Source: an uncultured virus (IMG/VR IMGVR_UViG_3300025137_000019)
Taxonomy: Duplodnaviria; Heunggongvirae; Uroviricota; Caudoviricetes
Length of the DNA: 64,000 nt
Virus record (IMG/VR): IMGVR_UViG_3300025137_000019
Direction: 5' to 3' (one strand)
Shown: positions 28,110-38,834 of the stretch, in pieces
Layout of the letters: every line of letters begins with the position of its first letter
How positions within the stretch are numbered: the stretch's first letter is position 1
Position numbers and translations under genes: made by a program
Notes under the pieces: generated by a model
Told to the model about the DNA's origin: nothing
The model's input: only the letters and a program-made list of their open reading frames with translations
Databases searched by the model: none

Positions 28110-30312
28110 TACTATATATGAAAATATACCCACCTGGGATAATGGTGTATGGACTAGTACAAGTTTTGATACTAGAGAAGATTTTGCATCTTTTGTAAGA
28201 AACCTTTTTAAAAAACCAGGAGAATATGGTTTTAATAAAATATCTTTAGAATTTAATGCTGAAGCTACTAAGTTTAAAAATACAGGTGTATATTGCACTT
28301 CTGCATTTAAGTCTAAGGACTTTGTTAAATACTGGGATGATCAAAAGTTAAAATGCAGAAAAGGTGTAATATTTAAATCTAAAGATAATATCTGGTATAT
28401 ACCACGAGATTACTATATGTGGTTAAACTTCTTACCAATTTTTAATAAGGAAATACAGCAGTTTGGATTTGCTGATATTAGAGATGCTCAATACCATATG
28501 GCACTATATGAAGTGCTAGCAGAGTTAAACTATAAACATGTTGCCATACTAAAGAAACGTCAGATAGCATCTTCTTATTATCATATGGCAAAGCTTATTA
28601 ATCAGCAATGGTTTGAAGCTGGGGTTACTCTTAAGATAGGTGCTAGTCTTAAAGACTATATTAATGAAAAGGGTTCCTGGAAGTTTTTAGATGAGTATGC
28701 AGCATTTTTAAATGAACACACGGCATGGATTAGACCCATGAATCCAAAGAAGGTTATGATGTGGCAGCAAAAAATTGAGGTAAGGAAAAACAATAGAAAA
28801 AATGAAGTAGGTTTAAAAGGAACTATACAAGGTATGTCATTTGAAAAAGATCCTACAAATGGTGTAGGTGGTCCAGTTAAATACTTCTTTCATGAAGAAG
28901 CTGGTATTGCACCTAAAATGGATAAGACATATGAGTATATGAGACCAGCAATGAGATCAGGACTTACTACTACAGGGTTATTTATAGCAGCAGGATCCGT
29001 AGGTGACTTATCACAATGTAATCCGCTCAAGGATATGATTCTTAATCCAACATCTAAAGATATTTATGCTGTAGAAACTGATCTAATAGACCATAAAGGA
29101 ACTGTAGGTATGTCAGGTTTATTTATTCCTGAACAATGGTCTATGCCACCACATATAGATCAATACGGTAACTCATTAATAGAAGAAGCTACTATAGCAT
29201 TGCAGGATCAATTTAATACATGGAAGGATGATTTAGCTCCAGAAGACTACCAGCTTAGAATATCTCAGCATCCAAGAAATATTAAAGAAGCTTTTGATAA
29301 TAGATCTGTTTCTGTATTTCCTACTCATTTATTAAATGCTCAAGCTAGAAGAATAGAAGAAAAAGAATATGGTTACGAGTATTTAGATATTAGTACTGAT
29401 GATACTGGTAAACCATCTGTTTCAAAAAGTAACAAACAACCAATACGTGAATTTCCAGTCAATAAAAAAACCGAAGATAAAACAGGTTGTTTAGTTGTTT
29501 GGGAAAGACCTAATAAAGAAAAACCTGATTTTGGAACTTATTATGCATCTATTGACCCTGTAGCAGAAGGTAAGACTACTACTTCAGATTCATTATGTTC
29601 TATTTATGTAATGAAAAATTCTGTAGAAATTACAAAAGTAACAGGAACTGAAACTGAAACTTATATTGAACAAAGTAAAATAGTAGCAGCATGGTGTGGA
29701 AGGTTTGATGATATTAAAAAAACACATCAAAGATTAGAACTAATAATAGAGTGGTATAATGCATGGACAGTTATTGAGAATAATATATCTCTTTTTATTA
29801 ACTACATGATTCATAGAAAGAAACAAAGATATTTAGTTCCTAAAAGTCAGATAATGTTTTTAAAAGATCTTGGGGCTAATGCAAATGTATTTCAGGAGTA
29901 TGGTTGGAAAAATACAGGAACGTTATTTAAGTCTCATTTACTTAGTTATGGGATAGAGTTTATAAGAGAAGAGCTTGATCAAGAAACAAAAGAAGATGGA
30001 ACTGTGGTAAAAACTACATATGGTATAGAAAGAATTCCTGATCCTATGTTGATAAAAGAAATGCAAGAATATGCAGATGGAGTTAACGTGGATAGATTAG
30101 TATCATTTGTAGCACTTGTATCTTTTGTTAGAATACAAGAATCTAATAGGGGATATGCTAAGCAAACTATAAGAGATGATTCAGCTAAAAGTTTGCAAAA
30201 GTCAGAAAATTTATATAAATTAAAGAGTAGTCCGTTTAGAAATATGGGTAATAAACGTAAAAAGAGTAAATCAAATTCATTTAAACGTTCACCGTTTAAA
30301 AATATTAAATAG
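28099..30312 (+). CDS. terL: terminase large subunit
   Basis: LKKRQIASS (Walker A-like), HEEAG, SIDP, IENN, DRL nuclease motifs; crAss-like synteny. Confidence 0.88.
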   Translation: MISNTIYENIPTWDNGVWTSTSFDTREDFASFVRNLFKKPGEYGFNKISLEFNAEATKFKNTGVYCTSAFKSKDFVKYWDDQKLKCRKGVIFKSKDNIWYIPRDYYMWLNFLPIFNKEIQQFGFADIRDAQYHMALYEVLAELNYKHVAILKKRQIASSYYHMAKLINQQWFEAGVTLKIGASLKDYINEKGSWKFLDEYAAFLNEHTAWIRPMNPKKVMMWQQKIEVRKNNRKNEVGLKGTIQGMSFEKDPTNGVGGPVKYFFHEEAGIAPKMDKTYEYMRPAMRSGLTTTGLFIAAGSVGDLSQCNPLKDMILNPTSKDIYAVETDLIDHKGTVGMSGLFIPEQWSMPPHIDQYGNSLIEEATIALQDQFNTWKDDLAPEDYQLRISQHPRNIKEAFDNRSVSVFPTHLLNAQARRIEEKEYGYEYLDISTDDTGKPSVSKSNKQPIREFPVNKKTEDKTGCLVVWERPNKEKPDFGTYYASIDPVAEGKTTTSDSLCSIYVMKNSVEITKVTGTETETYIEQSKIVAAWCGRFDDIKKTHQRLELIIEWYNAWTVIENNISLFINYMIHRKKQRYLVPKSQIMFLKDLGANANVFQEYGWKNTGTLFKSHLLSYGIEFIREELDQETKEDGTVVKTTYGIERIPDPMLIKEMQEYADGVNVDRLVSFVALVSFVRIQESNRGYAKQTIRDDSAKSLQKSENLYKLKSSPFRNMGNKRKKSKSNSFKRSPFKNIK

Positions 30313-30317
30313 TAAAT

Positions 30318-33053
30318 ATGCAAGTATTTAATGCACTTCAATTAAGAAAAGGAGCTAAAGCTAAGCAAGATAGAATGGGTACCTTAACCCAACCGCTACA
30401 ATTTTTACCTAAAAAAGATAAAAACCAAGAATGGGCAGCATGGAATTTAGACTGGCTTGAATGGAATGGTTTAAAACAAGTTCGTAGGAATGCAAGAAGG
30501 TTAATGAAAAACTACAAGCTTGCAAAGGGTCAAATTGATAGAACAGACTACATTGTAGAAGAAGATAATGAAATGGTTGATATTATTGACAACCTTCTAA
30601 CTGAAGACATGTCAGCTTTAGAACTAAGGTTTTATCCTATTATACCAAATGTAGTAAATGTACTTACTGCAGAATTTGCTAAAAGATCTACTAAACTTAC
30701 TTATAGAGCTGTTGATGAGTTTTCATATAATGAAATGCTTGAGCAAAAAAGAGCTCAGGTAGAACAAACATTAATGGCAGATGCTCAGACAAAAATAATG
30801 TCTGCAATGGTAGAGCAAGGATTAGATCCAAACTCTGAGGAAGCCCAGCAACAAATGTCACCTGAAAATATTAAGACGCTTCCAGAAATAGAATCTTTCT
30901 TTCAAAAAGACTACAGATCAATGATTGAGCAGTGGGCAGAACACCAGCATAAAGTTGATGTAGAAAGATTTAGAATGGATGAACTAGAAGAAAGAGCTTT
31001 CCGTGATATGTTAATTACAGATAGAGAGTTCTGGCATTTCCATATGATGGAAGATGATTATGAAGTAGAACTTTGGAATCCAGTATTAACTTTTTATCAT
31101 AAATCACCAGAGACTAGATACATGTCACAAGCACAGTGGGTTGGTAAAACAGATATGATGACTGCAGCAGATGTTATTGATAAGTATGGTTTTTTAATGA
31201 CTGAAGAACAGCATGAAGCATTAGAAGAGATTTACCCAATTAGATCTGCAGGATATAATATTACTGGTCAACAAAATGATGGTAGTTTCTATGATGCTAC
31301 AAAATCTCATGAATGGAATACTAACATGCCTTCATTGGCAATGAGACAGTATACATCTTTTATGGGTGAGAATGGTTTAGGAGATGGTGGGGATATTGTA
31401 ACAGATATTATAACAAGTGGTGAAAACTTTGGAAATGATCCTGACTCAGGATTGTTAAGAGTAACTCAAGCATATTGGAAGTCACAAAGAAAGCTTGGTC
31501 ACTTAGTAAAAATTACAGAGGCTGGTGAAGTTATTAATGAAATAATTACAGAAGATTATAAAATAACAGATAAGCCTATTTATGATGATAGATTATTTAA
31601 AAATAAAAGTAAAGATAATTTATTATTTGGTGAACATATAGATTGGATTTGGATAAATCAAACATGGGGTGGGATTAAGATAGGACCAAATATTCCAAGT
31701 CACTGGGGTATGAATAATCCAGGTGGTTTTGCACCTATGTATTTAGGTATTAATCAAAATCATTTAGGACCTATAAAGTTTCAATTTAAAGGGGACTCTA
31801 GTTTATATGGTTGTAAACTTCCTGTAGAAGGAGCTGTATTTTCAGATAGAAATACAAAGTCAACAGCACTTATAGATTTAATGAAACCATATCAGATAGG
31901 TTTTAATATTGTAAATAACCAGATAGCAGATATTCTTGTTGATGAACTTGGTACTATTATTATGCTTGATCAAAATACATTACCTAAACATTCATTAGGG
32001 GAAGATTGGGGTAAAGGTAATTTGTCTAAAGCTTATGTAGCAATGAAAGATTTTGGAATGCTACCTTTAGATACATCTATTACAAATACTGAAAATGCAC
32101 TAAACTTTCAGCATTTTCAAAAGTTAGACTTATCTCAAACTAATAGGTTAATGGGTAGAGTTAATTTAGCAAATCATTTTAAACAACAAGCTTATGAAGT
32201 AATTGGTGTTAATCCACAAAGAATGGGACAGCAATTATCACAAATGACTGCTACAGGTGTAGAGCAAGCTGCTAGTGCATCATATGCACAAACTGAAATG
32301 TACTTTATTCAGCATGCTGATTATCTAATGCCTAGAGTACATCAAATGAGAACAGACCTTGCACAGTTCTATCATTCAACTAAACCATCAGCAAGATTAA
32401 CTTATATCACGTCATTAGATGAAAAAGTTAATTTTCAAATTAATGGTACAGATCTTTTAATGAGAGATTTAAATATTTTCTGTACTACAACTGCAAATCA
32501 TAGAGCAGTTTTAGAACAATTAAAACAACTGTCTATGAATAATAATACTACTGGGGCATCTATATATGATCTTGGAAAAGTTATTCAATCAGATAGTATT
32601 GCTGGTTTAAATACTGTACTTAAAGCTTCTGAGCAAAAACAACAACAACAGAAACAACAAGAACAACAACAGCAGCAAGAAATGCAACAGCAACAAATAC
32701 AAGCTAATCAGGAACAAGAAAAGCTGAAACTTGATTCAGTAGCTGCTGAAGCAGAAAAAGATAGACAAAAAGATATTCTTATAGCTGAGATTAGAGCTGC
32801 TGGTTATGGATCTATGGCAGATATTGATAAAAATATGCAATCTGATTATCAAGATGCTATGAGAGATATTAGAGATACAGAACAGTATCAAGAGCAAACC
32901 TCTTTACAAAGAGAAAAAGAAGTAAACAGATCTAATAATGAATCTGCAAGAAATCAAATTGAAAGAGAAAAGATTCAAGCTCAAAAAGAAATAGCAGATA
33001 AGCAATTACAAATAGCTAGGGAGAATAAAAATAAGTATGATAGAAAGGAATAA
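30318..33053 (+). CDS. portal protein
   Basis: 911 aa after TerL; YPIIPNV, SLIDLMKPYQ-like and G...QRMG motifs, Q-rich C-terminal coil. Confidence 0.85.
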   Translation: MQVFNALQLRKGAKAKQDRMGTLTQPLQFLPKKDKNQEWAAWNLDWLEWNGLKQVRRNARRLMKNYKLAKGQIDRTDYIVEEDNEMVDIIDNLLTEDMSALELRFYPIIPNVVNVLTAEFAKRSTKLTYRAVDEFSYNEMLEQKRAQVEQTLMADAQTKIMSAMVEQGLDPNSEEAQQQMSPENIKTLPEIESFFQKDYRSMIEQWAEHQHKVDVERFRMDELEERAFRDMLITDREFWHFHMMEDDYEVELWNPVLTFYHKSPETRYMSQAQWVGKTDMMTAADVIDKYGFLMTEEQHEALEEIYPIRSAGYNITGQQNDGSFYDATKSHEWNTNMPSLAMRQYTSFMGENGLGDGGDIVTDIITSGENFGNDPDSGLLRVTQAYWKSQRKLGHLVKITEAGEVINEIITEDYKITDKPIYDDRLFKNKSKDNLLFGEHIDWIWINQTWGGIKIGPNIPSHWGMNNPGGFAPMYLGINQNHLGPIKFQFKGDSSLYGCKLPVEGAVFSDRNTKSTALIDLMKPYQIGFNIVNNQIADILVDELGTIIMLDQNTLPKHSLGEDWGKGNLSKAYVAMKDFGMLPLDTSITNTENALNFQHFQKLDLSQTNRLMGRVNLANHFKQQAYEVIGVNPQRMGQQLSQMTATGVEQAASASYAQTEMYFIQHADYLMPRVHQMRTDLAQFYHSTKPSARLTYITSLDEKVNFQINGTDLLMRDLNIFCTTTANHRAVLEQLKQLSMNNNTTGASIYDLGKVIQSDSIAGLNTVLKASEQKQQQQKQQEQQQQQEMQQQQIQANQEQEKLKLDSVAAEAEKDRQKDILIAEIRAAGYGSMADIDKNMQSDYQDAMRDIRDTEQYQEQTSLQREKEVNRSNNESARNQIEREKIQAQKEIADKQLQIARENKNKYDRKE

Positions 33054-33179
33054 TAAATAAACTTTACTTAAATAAATTACCGTTAGCTATATATTGCCAT
33101 TTTTTTAATTTTCATTGTAAATTTATTAAGTTTATTTTAAATATATTTACTATATTATTATTAACACAAAACCAACAAC

Positions 33180-34472
33180 ATGAGTGAAGAGCAAAACAAT
33201 ACAAATGATGCTTTGGAAAATGCATCAGCACAAGACTCTACAACTATAGAACAAGTAGAAGTAGATATTGATCAGATGTTTCCTCAACCAGGTGCAGAAA
33301 GTATAATGCTACCTGAAGAAGAAACATCTAATGAGAAAACAACAGTTCTTTCTAAAGAGAAAGAATTTGATACAACGTTCATTGACAAACCTGTTGAAAC
33401 TTCTGGTAAAGAAGAAGTGTCAGATAATCAAAGTGAAGAAGTAGTTGAAGAAACTATAGCTGAACTTGATGAAATGATTACTGCTGAAGAAGAAACTGGA
33501 TCATCTACTGGTAGACCTAAATTAGATAAAAATGGGTTGATGGATTTAGCAAATAAAATGATAGAAGAAGGAACTCTTTTACCATTTGATGATGATAAAC
33601 CAATTGATGAGTATTCTACTAAAGACTTTAGAGAGTTGTTTGAAGTAAACTTCCAGCAAAGGGAGGATAAGATTAGACAAGATACACCTAAAGAGTTTTT
33701 TGAAGCACTACCTGCTGAATTGCAAGTTGCAGCTAAATATGTTGCTGATGGAGGACAAGACTTAAAAAGTCTTTTTAGAACATTAGCACAGGTGGAAGAA
33801 ACTATGGATTTAAATCCAACTGAAGAAAGACACCAAGCTGAAATTGCAAGACAGTATTTACACGCTACCCAATTTGGAACTCCTGAAGAAATAGAAGCAG
33901 AAATCCAAGATTGGGCAGACCTTGAAAGATTAGAAAAGAAAGCAAAGCAATTTAAACCTAAGTTAGATGCTATGCAGGAAGAAATTGTTGCTAGAAAATT
34001 AGCTGAACAAGAGCAAAAGAAAAAGCAACAAGAGACTCAAGCAAAAGCATATCAAGATAATGTTTATGATACGTTAGCAATTGGAGAATTAGATGGTGTG
34101 AAATTAGATAAGAAAACACAAGGTCTATTATTTTCAGGATTAGTTCAACCAAGCTATCCTTCTATATCTGGTAAACCTACAAATTTATTAGGTCACTTAT
34201 TAGAAAAGTATCAGTTTGTAGAGCCAAGGCATGATTTAATAGCTGAGGCACTTTGGTTATTAGCAGACCCAAAAGGATATAAAACAAAGATTAGAGATGT
34301 AGGGTCTAAAACAGCTGTAGAAAAAACAGTAAGACAATTAAAAACTGCTGAACAACAAAAATCAGCAGCATCTTCTGTTAATAGACAAGAAGATAAACCT
34401 TCAACAGGTAGAAGAACAGTTAGTAGAAGATCTACTGGCAATAAAAAGAACAATATGTTCAAAAGATTTTAA
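33180..34472 (+). CDS. putative scaffold/capsid assembly protein
   Basis: Acidic N-terminus, coiled coil, located between portal and MCP. Confidence 0.6.
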   Translation: MSEEQNNTNDALENASAQDSTTIEQVEVDIDQMFPQPGAESIMLPEEETSNEKTTVLSKEKEFDTTFIDKPVETSGKEEVSDNQSEEVVEETIAELDEMITAEEETGSSTGRPKLDKNGLMDLANKMIEEGTLLPFDDDKPIDEYSTKDFRELFEVNFQQREDKIRQDTPKEFFEALPAELQVAAKYVADGGQDLKSLFRTLAQVEETMDLNPTEERHQAEIARQYLHATQFGTPEEIEAEIQDWADLERLEKKAKQFKPKLDAMQEEIVARKLAEQEQKKKQQETQAKAYQDNVYDTLAIGELDGVKLDKKTQGLLFSGLVQPSYPSISGKPTNLLGHLLEKYQFVEPRHDLIAEALWLLADPKGYKTKIRDVGSKTAVEKTVRQLKTAEQQKSAASSVNRQEDKPSTGRRTVSRRSTGNKKNNMFKRF

Positions 34473-34502
34473 ATTAGTAAACAAATAAAAACAAATAAAT
34501 AA

Positions 34503-36119
34503 ATGGCAACTCCAGTATTAAACAATGGTATCTTTCTAAGGGATACAGCTTATGATGCAAGTTCCCATGTGGATTCGTACCACCTGGTGAATATGCTTAA
34601 AGACGCAGAGCCAATGGACTTAGGTCCAGTGGATTTGTGGGCAATGACACAAAAGGTAGAAATGCCTTTATACCAAATGTCAAGTTTTGGTGGTAAAAAT
34701 GTAATTGAAGTAGACAATGCTCGTGGAGAGTATAAATGGCAAACACCTGTTTCCAATGATCTACCTTATATTATAGAAAATATCATGGAAGACGGGGCAG
34801 TTCTTGGTGTAGATGGAACTACTTTCAGAATTAAACTTTCTCGTAGAGAGTTTGGTCATGGTGATATTATTACTTATGACAAGTATAATGGTGTTGAACT
34901 TTACATTACAGAAGAAGATATTCTTCCTGTAGGTGATGGGTTCATCTATACTGTACAACTTGTTAATAACAATAGTTCAGCAGCTTTAGACCAAGCATAT
35001 CTTGCAAATGGTACTAAGTACTTTAGAAAAGGTTCTGCTCGTGGTGAGTATGGTGAAAGATTCTCTGACATCAGAACAGCTACAGGTTTCCGTGAATTCT
35101 ACAACTATGTAGGTGGAGCAGAAGCACACGTTCACTATTCAGTTTCTTCTAGAGCTGATCTTATGATCAAAGGAGGAATGAATGCAGATGGTACAGTTCC
35201 TGTAACTGAAATCTGGAGAACATCAGGTGATGCAATGAATCCTTCTGTAGCTTCATTAGAAGATATGGTAAAAACTATGGGTAAAGATAAAGTTAAAAGA
35301 GCATTTGATAATGGTGACCTTTCTAGATCTTTCCTTACTTCAATGGAAGCTGCACACCTTTCTAAGGTAGCAAGTGATATTGAGTCTTACCTTATGTGGG
35401 GTAAGGGTGGTAGAGTTAGACAAGATGGACCAGATGATTTAAGATTATCTGTAGGTCTTTGGGCTCAGCTTGATAACTCTTTCAAAAGAGTGTATAACAA
35501 AAATAACTTCAACCTTGACTTATTCCGTTCTGAGATTTATAACTTCTTTAACGGTAAAGTTGAATTCCAGGGTCCAGATCCAAGTAGATCACTAGTTGTT
35601 CAAACTGGTATGGGTGGAATGAGAATGGTTAATGAGGCTATCAAACGTGATGCTGTTGCTTCAGGACTTGTAATTCAAGCTGCTGATATAGGAGCAATTA
35701 CTGGTAAAGGAATGGATCTTAACTTTGGTTTTGCTTACACTTCTTATGTAATTCCTTTCTTAGCTAACGTTAAGTTTGTACTTAACCCAGCATTTGATAA
35801 TGTAAATACTAATGATATTGAGAACCCAATCATTGATGGTTTCCCATTATCTTCTTATTCATTCATTATCTTTGACATCACTGATAATACTAATGACAAT
35901 ATCTTCTTATTGAAGTTGTCTTGGGATAATCAATTAAAGTGGTGGTATCAAAATGGTACAATGGACTACATGGGACGTAGCCAAGGATTCCAGTCTTCTG
36001 GTCAATTCAATGGATACAGAGTTATGATGTCACAAACAATGCCAGCTATCTGGGTAAAAGACCCAACTAAGGTATTGAAGATTGTAATGAGAAACCCAAT
36101 TACTGGAGGATCATTCTAA
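34503..36119 (+). CDS. major capsid protein
   Basis: 538 aa, biased codon usage, LMWG..G.W.Q, strong downstream terminator, crAss-like synteny. Confidence 0.85.
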   Translation: MATPVLNNGIFLRDTAYDASSHVDSYHLVNMLKDAEPMDLGPVDLWAMTQKVEMPLYQMSSFGGKNVIEVDNARGEYKWQTPVSNDLPYIIENIMEDGAVLGVDGTTFRIKLSRREFGHGDIITYDKYNGVELYITEEDILPVGDGFIYTVQLVNNNSSAALDQAYLANGTKYFRKGSARGEYGERFSDIRTATGFREFYNYVGGAEAHVHYSVSSRADLMIKGGMNADGTVPVTEIWRTSGDAMNPSVASLEDMVKTMGKDKVKRAFDNGDLSRSFLTSMEAAHLSKVASDIESYLMWGKGGRVRQDGPDDLRLSVGLWAQLDNSFKRVYNKNNFNLDLFRSEIYNFFNGKVEFQGPDPSRSLVVQTGMGGMRMVNEAIKRDAVASGLVIQAADIGAITGKGMDLNFGFAYTSYVIPFLANVKFVLNPAFDNVNTNDIENPIIDGFPLSSYSFIIFDITDNTNDNIFLLKLSWDNQLKWWYQNGTMDYMGRSQGFQSSGQFNGYRVMMSQTMPAIWVKDPTKVLKIVMRNPITGGSF

Positions 36120-36137
36120 TCTAAACAATAGATTCTT

Positions 36138-36173
36138 AAAAGGGGGAGGGCTTTTCCTCTCCCTTTTTTTTTT
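36138..36173 (+). terminator. intrinsic terminator
   Basis: GGGGGAGG/CCTCTCCC stem with long T-run. Confidence 0.85.
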
Positions 36174-36211
36174 AATAACCAACAAAATAATAACCAACAA
36201 AAATAAAACCA

Positions 36212-37231
36212 ATGGCAAAAACAGATTTTACAATGGTGGAAACACCAACAGAAACTAGAAATTCAAAAGTATCAATTAAACCATACTTTGATCAAAGAGT
36301 TGAAAATATGGGTTTAGAAAATTATGGGTTAAGTCTATTTGACGGAGTTACTCATCAAGAACAATTAGCATGTATAGAAATAAACGGTATTTCTAGATAT
36401 CTAACAGGTCTTAATGAGTTTGCACCAGAGTTAAAAAAACTAAACTCAGATATTAGGGATTCTAAAATAAAACAAATTAGAGTTGCTGTTTCTGAATTAG
36501 AAAAAGAACTTGCAGCAAATATGATTGATCCAGAAGATAAAGACTTTTGGAACAAGGTAAAATTGCTTAAACCTGATAACTCAGAATTCTGGAATAAGAT
36601 AGAATTAACTGTAGGAAATACAATAATATTCCTAGATGTAAATGATCCTTATGATAGAATAAAAATGTATGCTATTGAGGCAGGTGGATTTTCACTAGTA
36701 GCTAAAAGCTATGAGGATGCAAAAAGTAAAGCAAAGCCTCCTAAGTTTTATTTAGATAAAGATGCAGAAACGGTATCTAGTAAAACTGAATATAAAAAAT
36801 TACGTAATAAAGCATTAGCTGAATTACAAAAGTTATTTGATAAGAATAGTACTAAGCTAATGTATGTAGCAAAAGTAATAGATGCAAATAGTACTCAATA
36901 TAAAAGATCCACACCTTTAGATGTGTTGTATGATAATTTAGATGAGTATATACATGGAGAAGGTGCAGAATCTAATATGGAGAGATCTGTTAATTCTTTC
37001 TTAGAAACTGTTAACCAGGATATGGAAAATCTTAAATTAAGATCAATTGTAAAAGATTCTTCTTTCTTTAAGTTTATTGTGACTAAAAGTGATGGTCATA
37101 TTTATCATGGTAAAAAGAATGTAATATTAGGAAGGAACGTTTCTGATGTAGTTGAATACTTAAAAAACCCTCTTAATGAAGACATACTAGATGATTTAAA
37201 TGAATCATGTGAAAAATATTGGAAAAGTTAA
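36212..37231 (+). CDS. conserved crAss-like protein following MCP
   Basis: 339-aa ORF, synteny. Confidence 0.65.
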   Translation: MAKTDFTMVETPTETRNSKVSIKPYFDQRVENMGLENYGLSLFDGVTHQEQLACIEINGISRYLTGLNEFAPELKKLNSDIRDSKIKQIRVAVSELEKELAANMIDPEDKDFWNKVKLLKPDNSEFWNKIELTVGNTIIFLDVNDPYDRIKMYAIEAGGFSLVAKSYEDAKSKAKPPKFYLDKDAETVSSKTEYKKLRNKALAELQKLFDKNSTKLMYVAKVIDANSTQYKRSTPLDVLYDNLDEYIHGEGAESNMERSVNSFLETVNQDMENLKLRSIVKDSSFFKFIVTKSDGHIYHGKKNVILGRNVSDVVEYLKNPLNEDILDDLNESCEKYWKS

Positions 37232-37250
37232 ATTTAAAAAATAAAATATA

Positions 37251-37463
37251 ATGGCAAATAAAAAAATGGTAATGGGTCCAGGAGGTAAAATGGTTCCTAG
37301 TTATGCAATGGATGGTAAAGGATCTAATGATCTTGTGGTAAAAAAAGCTAAGCTAGGCATGGCTCAAGAAACAGACATGATGCAATATGGTAAAGGCGGG
37401 GCTAATAAATATGGTAACGGTGGCTATAAGGCAACAAGAAGAAATAAAAACTATCCAAAATAA
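37251..37463 (+). CDS. small basic protein with xxGG motifs
   Basis: YAMDGKG, YGKGG, YGNGG. Confidence 0.7.
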   Translation: MANKKMVMGPGGKMVPSYAMDGKGSNDLVVKKAKLGMAQETDMMQYGKGGANKYGNGGYKATRRNKNYPK

Positions 37464-37468
37464 AAGAT

Positions 37469-37666
37469 ATGGCTTACTATGATAAAATGAGAGATGAAAT
37501 GCTAGGTAAGAGTAGCCCACAAGTTATCATGGAAATGATGAAACATGGTGGAGGCTGTGGTTGTGGCAAAAGAATGCCTAAGTATTCTAACAATCCTAGA
37601 ACTATTCAAGGAAGACAACTTAGAAATGGTGGTTCAATGAAGTGTGGTGGTTATAAAATGAAATAA
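37469..37666 (+). CDS. small basic protein with xxGG motifs
   Basis: MKHGG, LRNGG, MKCGG. Confidence 0.7.
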   Translation: MAYYDKMRDEMLGKSSPQVIMEMMKHGGGCGCGKRMPKYSNNPRTIQGRQLRNGGSMKCGGYKMK

Positions 37667-37667
37667 C

Positions 37668-37859
37668 ATGGCAAATACTACTGATGCAGGAAAGGTTTTA
37701 GCATTTTTCAGAAAAGGAGGATCTAAAAAAAAGAAGAAAAAGACTAAGAGTAAAAAAGACTCTTGTTATTATGCAGCTAAGAAGGCTCATAAGGTTTTTC
37801 CTTCTGCTTATGCTAGTGGTATGATTGCTAAGTGTAGAAAAAGGAAAGCTAGAAAGTAG
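37668..37859 (+). CDS. small Lys-rich protein
   Basis: FRKGG, KD.CY..FPSAYASG..CRK. Confidence 0.7.
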   Translation: MANTTDAGKVLAFFRKGGSKKKKKKTKSKKDSCYYAAKKAHKVFPSAYASGMIAKCRKRKARK

Positions 37860-38131
37860 TGGCAGTTAGAAAAACAAAGAAAGGTGCAGCTCTTAAACGT
37901 TGGTTCAAAGAAAAATGGACTGATGAAAAGGGTAATGTTTGCGGATCTTCTAAGAATAAAAAAACTAAGAAGTGCAGACCTAGTAAAAAGGTAAGTAGTA
38001 AAACCCCTAGAACTTGGGGTTCTATGTCTAAGTCACAAAAGACCAAAGCTGTTGCAGAAAAGAAAAGAGTTGGCATGGGTAAAAGAACCAGTGCTATAAG
38101 AAAAAGAAAAACTACTAAAAAGAAGAAATAA
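37859..38131 (+). CDS. small Lys-rich protein (DUF5872-like)
   Basis: LKRWFKEKW..CG..CRP.K.VS..TP; GTG start overlapping TAG. Confidence 0.7.
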   Translation: MAVRKTKKGAALKRWFKEKWTDEKGNVCGSSKNKKTKKCRPSKKVSSKTPRTWGSMSKSQKTKAVAEKKRVGMGKRTSAIRKRKTTKKKK

Positions 38132-38304
38132 TGGGAGACATGCCAAGCACTTTATATAAAAAAGGTGGAGCTAAGAAGAAGTTTAAAGTACATAAGATGT
38201 ATAAAGGTACTAAAGCTGTAACAGCTAAAACTATGAAAGAACATCTAGCTTTAAAAAAGAAAGGATATAATCATACTAAGCCAAAAGCTAAAAAGAAGAA
38301 GTAA
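38131..38304 (+). CDS. small Lys-rich protein (57 aa, not in track)
   Basis: MGDMPSTLYKKGG..HKMY..EHLALKKKGYNH; TAATG overlaps on both sides. Confidence 0.7.
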   Translation: MGDMPSTLYKKGGAKKKFKVHKMYKGTKAVTAKTMKEHLALKKKGYNHTKPKAKKKK

Positions 38305-38573
38305 TGCCTGCCAAGAAGAGTAAGAAGAAGGGAGCTATGAAAGGCTGTACAATCAAAAGTGGTTGTAAGTCTAAGAAAGGTGGTCTTACTGCTAAGGGTC
38401 GTAAGAGTATTAACCGTAAAACTGGTTCTAATCTTAAAGCACCTCAACCAGGTGGTGGAGCTAGAAAAAGAAGTTACTGTGCAAGATCTAAAGGTCAGAT
38501 GAAAAAGTTTCCTAAAGCTGCTAAAGATCCAAACAGCCGTTTGAGAAAAGCAAGGAGAAGATGGAAATGCTGA
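38304..38573 (+). CDS. small basic protein (DUF6321-like)
   Basis: GGLTAKGR..NLKAP..RKRSYCAR..DPNSR..WKC. Confidence 0.72.
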   Translation: MPAKKSKKKGAMKGCTIKSGCKSKKGGLTAKGRKSINRKTGSNLKAPQPGGGARKRSYCARSKGQMKKFPKAAKDPNSRLRKARRRWKC

Positions 38574-38663
38574 TGATTTTTTTGTATATTAATACATGAG
38601 TAAAACTTTTAAAGACCCAGAAGAACAGAATGATCAAATTTTTATTTACTGGGATTATTAAAG

Positions 38664-38834
38664 ATGGCAAAAAAGAAAGATAAAAAGTGGATGCAGAAGG
38701 CTAGTGCTTCTATTAAAAAAAGAGGTACTAAAGGTAAATGTACACCTATTACAAAAAAGAGTTGTACAGGTAAAGCTAAAACACTTGCTAAGACTTTTAA
38801 AAAGATTGCCGCTAAAAGAAAGAAAAAGAAATAA
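38664..38834 (+). CDS. small Lys-rich protein (56 aa, not in track)
   Basis: MAKKKDKKWMQKA..LAKTFKK; TAATG overlap with the next gene. Confidence 0.7.
   Translation: MAKKKDKKWMQKASASIKKRGTKGKCTPITKKSCTGKAKTLAKTFKKIAAKRKKKK

Noticed and set aside
32632..32703. CAA/CAG microsatellite
   Set aside because: Encodes the ordinary Gln-rich coiled coil of the portal C-terminus
28099..36119. Introns or inteins in TerL, portal or MCP
   Set aside because: ORFs are continuous; no intein or homing endonuclease motifs seen
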